Below are positions 58,589-64,000 of a stretch of DNA of 64,000 nucleotides, one piece after another (the stretch's first letter is position 1; each line of letters begins with the position of its first letter). The notes beneath the pieces are model-generated. The model was given only the letters and a program-made list of their open reading frames with translations. It ran no database searches and was not told where the DNA came from. The stretch is taken from positions 1 to 64,000 of the forward strand of contig JBMNJG010000003.1 in NCBI GenBank assembly GCA_050951545.1. Direction: 5' to 3'. The position numbers were made by a program, and so were the translations under genes. This DNA is from Limnochordia bacterium (GTDB lineage Bacteria; Bacillota; Limnochordia; DTU080).

Positions 58589-60214
58589 CTACCTCATCGC
58601 GGCCATCCACTCTGCTTCATTACCGGTAACCGAGGCCGTGTCCTTGAAGCTCAGCTTCGGATAGTTCTTCTCTGCCCAGTGTAACGCCCATTCGCTCTTG
58701 AAGAGCACTGCAAGACGTCCAAAGCGATCGAGCACACACAGACTGTCACTACCCTCCAAGCGCTTGGGGTCAGCCTCACCTTGTACCCAACGTGCAACCT
58801 GGTAAGGGACTGGGACCAATTCCGCATCCACCCCATACTCGTGCTCGAGACGATAGTTCATGACGTCAAATTGCAGCGCCCCCACGGCACCAACGATGGT
58901 ATCTATCGCCCCCCAACCAACCGGGCGAAACAGCTGAACCGCGCCCTCCTGTGAAAGCTGATCAAGCCCTTTCACCAGCTGTTTGCGCTTCATCGCATCC
59001 TTTAGCCTCACAACTGCAAACCTCTCAGGTGAGAAATAGGGAATGCCCACAAAGTGCATCACACGCCCCTCTGTGAGAGTGTCTCCTATCTGAAAAGCCC
59101 CAGGATCGAACAACCCGATGATGTCACCCGGGTATGCCTTATCTACTAACGAACGTTCCTGCGCCAGAAACTGCTGAGGCTGAGACATGCGCATTTGCTT
59201 GCCCAAGCGAACATGGAAGGCACTCATGCCACGGTGGAACTGCCCGGAAACCACACGTACAAAGGCAACACGATCGCGGTGCGCCGGATTGAGGTTGGCT
59301 TGGATCTTAAACACAAAGGCACTGAACTCCTCATCCACTGGCTCCACCCATGTCCCGCCTTCTATCTTACGACCAAGCGGAGCAGGAGCCATGCCCAGGT
59401 AATGCTCGAAAAAGGACTGCACACCGAAGTTGTTTAGAGCACTACCAAAGAAAACAGGAGTTAGCTCACCCCGGCCAACGCGATCCATGTCCAGCGGATC
59501 GCCTGCTATGTCTAGCAAGCTGATCTCTTCTACCAGAGTACGGTGTGCATCCTCGCCGAGCACCACACGCAAGGCTTCGCTATCAGGCTCAACGGCGATC
59601 ACGGGAACTCGTTTCTCGCCGTGACCTACCTCCTGGTAGATCTCACAGCGGCGGTGTACCCGATCATAGATACCCCTAAACTCTGGTCCCATCCCTATTG
59701 GCCAGTTGACAGGAGTCGATCGGATCCCTAAGACTTCCTCAATCTCAGCCAATAGCTCCAAAGGCGGGCGTCCATACCGATCCATTTTGTTTATGAATGT
59801 GAAAATCGGCAGCCCTCGCTGGCGACACACCTCGAACAGTTTTCGCGTCTGCTCTTCTACCCCGTTGGCAGCATCTATAAGCATAACCGCGCTATCAACC
59901 GCCATGAGCGTGCGATAGGTATCTTCACTGAAATCCTGGTGACCAGGTGTGTCTAAGAGATTGATGGCGTAACCTGCATAGTCAAACTGCAGCACGCTCG
60001 AGGTCACCGAGATGCCTCGCTGTTTTTCTAGTTCCATCCAATCGGCTGTAGCATGCCGTTGCGCCTTCCGAGATTTCACGGCTCCGGCCAAGTGAATGGC
60101 CCCACCGTAGAGCAACACCTTTTCGGTAAGGGTTGTCTTACCAGCATCAGGATGGGAGATAATAGCAAACGTTCGCCGCCGAGCGATCTCTGCGGGTAAA
60201 GTACGATCAACCAA
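58589..60214 (-). CDS. prfC: Peptide chain release factor 3
   Basis: RRRTFAIISHPDAGKTT, LDTPGHQDFSEDTYR, NKMD, HRDRVAF, GAVGALQFDV. Confidence 0.97.
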   Translation of the reverse strand: MVDRTLPAEIARRRTFAIISHPDAGKTTLTEKVLLYGGAIHLAGAVKSRKAQRHATADWMELEKQRGISVTSSVLQFDYAGYAINLLDTPGHQDFSEDTYRTLMAVDSAVMLIDAANGVEEQTRKLFEVCRQRGLPIFTFINKMDRYGRPPLELLAEIEEVLGIRSTPVNWPIGMGPEFRGIYDRVHRRCEIYQEVGHGEKRVPVIAVEPDSEALRVVLGEDAHRTLVEEISLLDIAGDPLDMDRVGRGELTPVFFGSALNNFGVQSFFEHYLGMAPAPLGRKIEGGTWVEPVDEEFSAFVFKIQANLNPAHRDRVAFVRVVSGQFHRGMSAFHVRLGKQMRMSQPQQFLAQERSLVDKAYPGDIIGLFDPGAFQIGDTLTEGRVMHFVGIPYFSPERFAVVRLKDAMKRKQLVKGLDQLSQEGAVQLFRPVGWGAIDTIVGAVGALQFDVMNYRLEHEYGVDAELVPVPYQVARWVQGEADPKRLEGSDSLCVLDRFGRLAVLFKSEWALHWAEKNYPKLSFKDTASVTGNEAEWMAAMR

Positions 60215-60306
60215 GTATGCATCCGCCCTTCTCGAGAAAAAAGCGCGTGAAACACACACCGCAGCTAGTCTACCACTAACTGCGCTTAGCAGGAAGGGCT
60301 GGCGGA

Positions 60307-61098
60307 CTATGATGACAGAAAGCCTCCATCAACCGGAATCACGGCACCATGGACATAGCTTGCTAGCTCTGATGCCAGAAAGAGGGCTACTCCAGCCACT
60401 TCATCGGGTTTGCCCCATCTACCGAGGGCCAGTCTGCTACTGAAGTCGTAACCAGTCTTCATCAGATGCACATCCACGCTACATATCGCTCGCTGGATGA
60501 GCTTCCTCGTGCCAGGAGTGTGAATGGCGCCAGGAAGAATGACATTCGCTCGGAAGCCGTGCCGACCGTAGTCACGAGCAAGGGCCCTTGTCAGAGCGAT
60601 GACCGCGGCCTTGCTCATACTGTAGTGGGCCATGTTACGCTTAAAGGGCAGGATGGCCTCAATGGAGGAAACGTTGATGATGCAGCCGCCCTTGCCCAAG
60701 CGTCTACCGATGAAGTCTTGGCACATCCAGAAGGCAGCCTTGGTGTTGACATCAAAAGTCATTGCCAGAAACTCGTCATCGATCTCCTGGAAAGCCTTCA
60801 TCGGGTAGATGCCAGCATTGTTGATCAGCGTATCAGGCACTTGCGTCAGGGACTCCCAGAAAGCTGTGATTTCGCCTTTGTTTCTCAGATCCACCATGTG
60901 GCCCGTTACTGTAATCGAGAACCTGTCGCGTAGTTCCTGCACTGCCTTCTCCAGGCCTTCCTTATCTACATCGACCAGGCAAAGATCACCACCAGCATCG
61001 GCAAAACAAGCGGCCATCGCCCTGCCAATGCCCGACGAGGCACCGCTGATCAGAACCGTGCGCCCCTTCATAGACACCCCGTGAACGACTGAATCCAT
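60307..61098 (-). CDS. Short-chain dehydrogenase/reductase
   Basis: GASSGIG, NNAG, SS, YSMSK, VDGG. Confidence 0.92.
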   Translation of the reverse strand: MDSVVHGVSMKGRTVLISGASSGIGRAMAACFADAGGDLCLVDVDKEGLEKAVQELRDRFSITVTGHMVDLRNKGEITAFWESLTQVPDTLINNAGIYPMKAFQEIDDEFLAMTFDVNTKAAFWMCQDFIGRRLGKGGCIINVSSIEAILPFKRNMAHYSMSKAAVIALTRALARDYGRHGFRANVILPGAIHTPGTRKLIQRAICSVDVHLMKTGYDFSSRLALGRWGKPDEVAGVALFLASELASYVHGAVIPVDGGFLSS

Positions 61099-61122
61099 GG
61101 CGCACGCTCCTCGCCTTCCGTG

Positions 61123-61181
61123 TGACTGGCCGGTCAGTCATTGGCTGCCTTCATCATACAGCGACGCGGCAAAGCAGTCAA
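61123..61181 (-). promoter_or_regulatory. sigma-A promoter plus palindromic operator of the SDR gene
   Basis: TTGACT-N17-TATGAT (61181-61153) and the 18-bp near-palindrome TGACTGACCGGCCAGTCA (61140-61123). Confidence 0.6.
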
Positions 61182-62698
61182 GTGGCCTCTGAGCGATCAG
61201 CTCCATGGGAAGCTTTGGAGGCTACCAACGCCGTCCTTACATCGTGAAGACGGTCTTTGCTGCCGAGCACCATGACGATATCGCCTGCTTCGACAGTGGT
61301 TCTCCCAGTCGGGACGATATAGTCACTCTGACGATTGATAAGCACAATCAGCGTTTCAGCAGGCAGACCTAGATCCGCGATCGGCTTTCCTGCCGCTGCA
61401 GACGTCACTGGAATGGCTACTTCCAGCAGATCGTTGTCCATGTTCTCCACACTAATCTCTAGCGGACTCCGCGGCTTGATGATCATGTCGGCTCCCACTC
61501 CGAGCCACCTGGCCACAGTGGGGATGGATGTCCCCTGTAGCAGTGTCGAGGTCAACACGACAAAAAAGACTACGTGAAAGATCGTGTCCGCCTCCTCAAC
61601 CCCGGCCAACAGAGGCATGGTTGCCAAGACAATCGGCACAGCACCACGCAAACCCACCCACGAGATCAGGGATTTCTGCTGCAGCGTCAGTTTTGTGAAA
61701 CTAAGCAGTGAGAACACGGCAATCGGTCGAGCTACCAGCATCAGGAAAGCGGAGACGGCTAGACCCAGACCGGCTACCTGAATAAGGCGAGAGGGAAAGA
61801 CCAAAAGACCCAGGGTCAAGAACATCAGGATCTGCATCAACCAGGCCAAGGAGTCGAAGAAACGCGATAGGGTGCGCTGGTGAATCACTGTACTATTAGC
61901 CATGATGATCCCCGCAATGTAGACTGCCAAGAACCCACTTCCTCGTATTAGAGCAGTCACTGCATAGACAAACATGACGAGAGCCAACAGGAGCACGGGG
62001 TAGAGACCCTCGTATTCAAGATTAATGCGATTAAGCAGTGCTACCAAACCGCGACCCGCCAATAAGCCGATGATCGCGCCCACAATCATCTGCATCACAA
62101 ATAGAGGGACCATATCCAGCAAGCGTGCACCGGGTTCCGTAAGCAGATGGATGCACCCAATAGTCAGGAAAATGGCCATCGGGTCGTTGGCCCCCGATTC
62201 TAGCTCCAACAACGGGGCCAGATGGCCCTTGAGAGCCGCTTTGCGTGAACGCAGCACACCGAAGACCGCAGCAGCATCCGTAGACGAGATGACCGAGCCC
62301 AAGAGCATAGCTTCCACAAGAGGGAAGCCTAGAAACCGATGCACAAAAAAACCCACCAAAAGCGCCGTGATCAACACACCAGCAGTGGCCAGCGAGATCG
62401 AGTACCAGAATGCAGGCTTAACTGCTTGCCACTTCGTACTCAAGCCACCAGCAAACAAAATGATGGCTAGCGCTGTTACCCCCATCAGCTGAGACAGCCA
62501 TGGGTCATCAAAGTAGAAGCCTCCGGGGCCATCCGATCCAAACAACATGCCGACCAGAAGAAACAGCAGAAGTGCCGGGATGCCCAGATTCCCGGCCAAT
62601 TTGCTCGTGAAGACGCTGGCCAGAATGAGCAAGGCCCCTCCAAGGATAATGTGGTCGATCTGCACAGACTGCAGAATCTCGTATATGTTTGCCTCCAC
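61178..62698 (-). CDS. nhaP2: K+/H+ antiporter CvrA/NhaP2 with RCK_C domain
   Basis: SSTDAAAVF, LELESGANDPMA, GSGFLAVY, WVGLRGAVPIVLA; C-terminal TrkA-C-like IVPTGRTTVEAGD. Confidence 0.9.
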   Translation of the reverse strand: MEANIYEILQSVQIDHIILGGALLILASVFTSKLAGNLGIPALLLFLLVGMLFGSDGPGGFYFDDPWLSQLMGVTALAIILFAGGLSTKWQAVKPAFWYSISLATAGVLITALLVGFFVHRFLGFPLVEAMLLGSVISSTDAAAVFGVLRSRKAALKGHLAPLLELESGANDPMAIFLTIGCIHLLTEPGARLLDMVPLFVMQMIVGAIIGLLAGRGLVALLNRINLEYEGLYPVLLLALVMFVYAVTALIRGSGFLAVYIAGIIMANSTVIHQRTLSRFFDSLAWLMQILMFLTLGLLVFPSRLIQVAGLGLAVSAFLMLVARPIAVFSLLSFTKLTLQQKSLISWVGLRGAVPIVLATMPLLAGVEEADTIFHVVFFVVLTSTLLQGTSIPTVARWLGVGADMIIKPRSPLEISVENMDNDLLEVAIPVTSAAAGKPIADLGLPAETLIVLINRQSDYIVPTGRTTVEAGDIVMVLGSKDRLHDVRTALVASKASHGADRSEAT

Positions 62699-62759
62699 TT
62701 ACCGATCCCTGCTTACTCAGTAATGTCGTGTAGCCTCGTACCAAGAGCCCTACAGAATC

Positions 62760-62804
62760 TTGTCAGGAGGCGGTTCAGCGAAACGCTCCACCGCCTCCTG
62801 ACAA
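62760..62804. terminator. Long GC-rich hairpin between the membrane protein gene and the antiporter
   Basis: TTGTCAGGAGGCGGT...ACCGCCTCCTGACAA perfect 15-bp stem plus an AGCG/CGCT inner stem. Confidence 0.55.
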
Positions 62805-62855
62805 CAGAACGGTACTACCTTAGTCTACGCCACAGCAAGCTGCCGCATAGAATGG

Positions 62856-63998
62856 TTAGTCGCTTCTTGACTTAGTCTTGGCATCCGCCCATTCCTTAAC
62901 GACATCCTTACTGCCCAACCCGATGGCGATGGCTGCAGCCAGGCCCAGCGAACCCAAGAGAATGGAGAAGGCAGTTACGACAATCGTCTCCGCAATTCCC
63001 AGCTGCTCCAACGACATGGTAGCGGCGAGCACCAAAATGGCATACTTAGCTACGGAAGCCATCCATACCGGGTAGTTGGTGTTCTCTAGAATACCGGCTA
63101 GACTGCGCGCCGCGAACTGCCCCACCCCATAGCCAGCCACCAAGATCACAACGGCAACGACTGCATTGGGGATGTATGCAAGTATGCTACCGAGGATGAC
63201 ACTGAGCTGCTCCAATCTGATGATGCTGAAGACCTCAACGAGGATAAGCAACAAGGTGATCCCACTTACTACGCCACCCACTATCTGAGGAATATCTGCG
63301 CCGCCGGCCTTCTCATCACGCAGAAGGCCCCAACGTGCGAGAAACCGCGTGACATTCGTCCGTTCAAGCAGCGTCGCCGTTAGCTGCCCGACCCAGCGGG
63401 CAAAGGCTACCCCGACGGCCAACAGCAAGATGGCCACGGCAATGCTGGGGATCATATTGAGCACCATTGTGAGCATGCTGATCGCAGGTCCAGAGATCGC
63501 CTGCAAACCAAGCGACTCCAAAGCCGAGATAGCGACAGGAATCAGCACCAGCACAAACGCGATAGTGCCCAATGAGCGCGACAGAGGAGTGGCAGCGAAG
63601 ACCTCACCGAGGCCACATCTCTCCGGTAGCGTATCGACTCCACTGCTAGCGAGAAAGCTCGTGACGATGCCCCGAATGATCTTGGCGATCACATAGCCCA
63701 CCAGCACTGTGGCAATAGCTGCAGCTAATCCCGGCAAGAAGCTGAGAGCCTGCGTAGTTACCTGCTCAAAAGGCTCTTTGAGACCCTCGAGCTGCAGGGC
63801 GCCTAGCAGAGCGGGTAAGAAAACGACCAGAACAAGGTAGTAGACGAGGTTTCCCGCACTAGCGATCCACTCCGCCTTTTGCTCTGGAGCCACAGCCTGG
63901 GTTCTGTCGAGAAAGCTCCCGACCTTCTCCAGACGTAGCAGCCTGACCACAATGCTGCGCAGAATAGTGGCTATAACCCAAGCAGCCAGTAAAATGAG
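62856..63998 (-). CDS. Conserved TM-helix repeat (CmpX / mechanosensitive-channel-associated) membrane protein, 5'-truncated by the window edge
   Basis: Repeated [FMY][LI]P-xx-xxA TM units, ALESLGL, AIAIGLGSK; frame stays open to the window end. Confidence 0.75.
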   Translation of the reverse strand, partial: LILLAAWVIATILRSIVVRLLRLEKVGSFLDRTQAVAPEQKAEWIASAGNLVYYLVLVVFLPALLGALQLEGLKEPFEQVTTQALSFLPGLAAAIATVLVGYVIAKIIRGIVTSFLASSGVDTLPERCGLGEVFAATPLSRSLGTIAFVLVLIPVAISALESLGLQAISGPAISMLTMVLNMIPSIAVAILLLAVGVAFARWVGQLTATLLERTNVTRFLARWGLLRDEKAGGADIPQIVGGVVSGITLLLILVEVFSIIRLEQLSVILGSILAYIPNAVVAVVILVAGYGVGQFAARSLAGILENTNYPVWMASVAKYAILVLAATMSLEQLGIAETIVVTAFSILLGSLGLAAAIAIGLGSKDVVKEWADAKTKSRSD

Positions 63999-64000
63999 GA

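Noticed and set aside
62700-62855. c-di-AMP (ydaO) riboswitch before the antiporter
   Set aside because: Only CGCTGAA matches; the GGGGGAACC core and two-fold architecture are absent

Overview
Core chromosome of a GC-rich, endospore-forming Bacillota bacterium. A Limnochordia/Clostridia-like lineage is inferred from gene content only. Most genes lie on the minus strand. From the left: tRNA-Ala(CGC); an unusual 9-kb block with three SF2 ATPases (two head-on yqhH/yqhG-like SNF2 pairs around a GNAT and an MrfA/YprA-type DUF1998 helicase); spoIIP, UPF0182, a short RodZ-like gene, ftsK/spoIIIE, pgeF, ylmC, spoIIR, sigG; an inverted spoIIGA-sigE cassette; a dcw cluster (mraZ to ftsZ) without murD, murC or ftsA; three more tRNAs, vanW, rpoD-dnaG, ppdK, recO, ruvCAB, bofC, yebC, prsW; a GALK2-like sugar kinase next to a nucleotidyltransferase; a flavin oxidoreductase and darA; rodA, GH18, prfC, an SDR, a K+/H+ antiporter and a truncated membrane protein. 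No transposase, integrase, prophage or CRISPR array was seen. The best leads are the triple-helicase locus with a 20-Cys YqhG paralog, the spoIIGA-sigE inversion, the GALK2-like kinase/nucleotidyltransferase pair, and several cis-acting RNA/DNA elements. All calls come from reading motifs by eye with no database searches. Several starts were moved from the ORF track to codons with a visible Shine-Dalgarno (SD).
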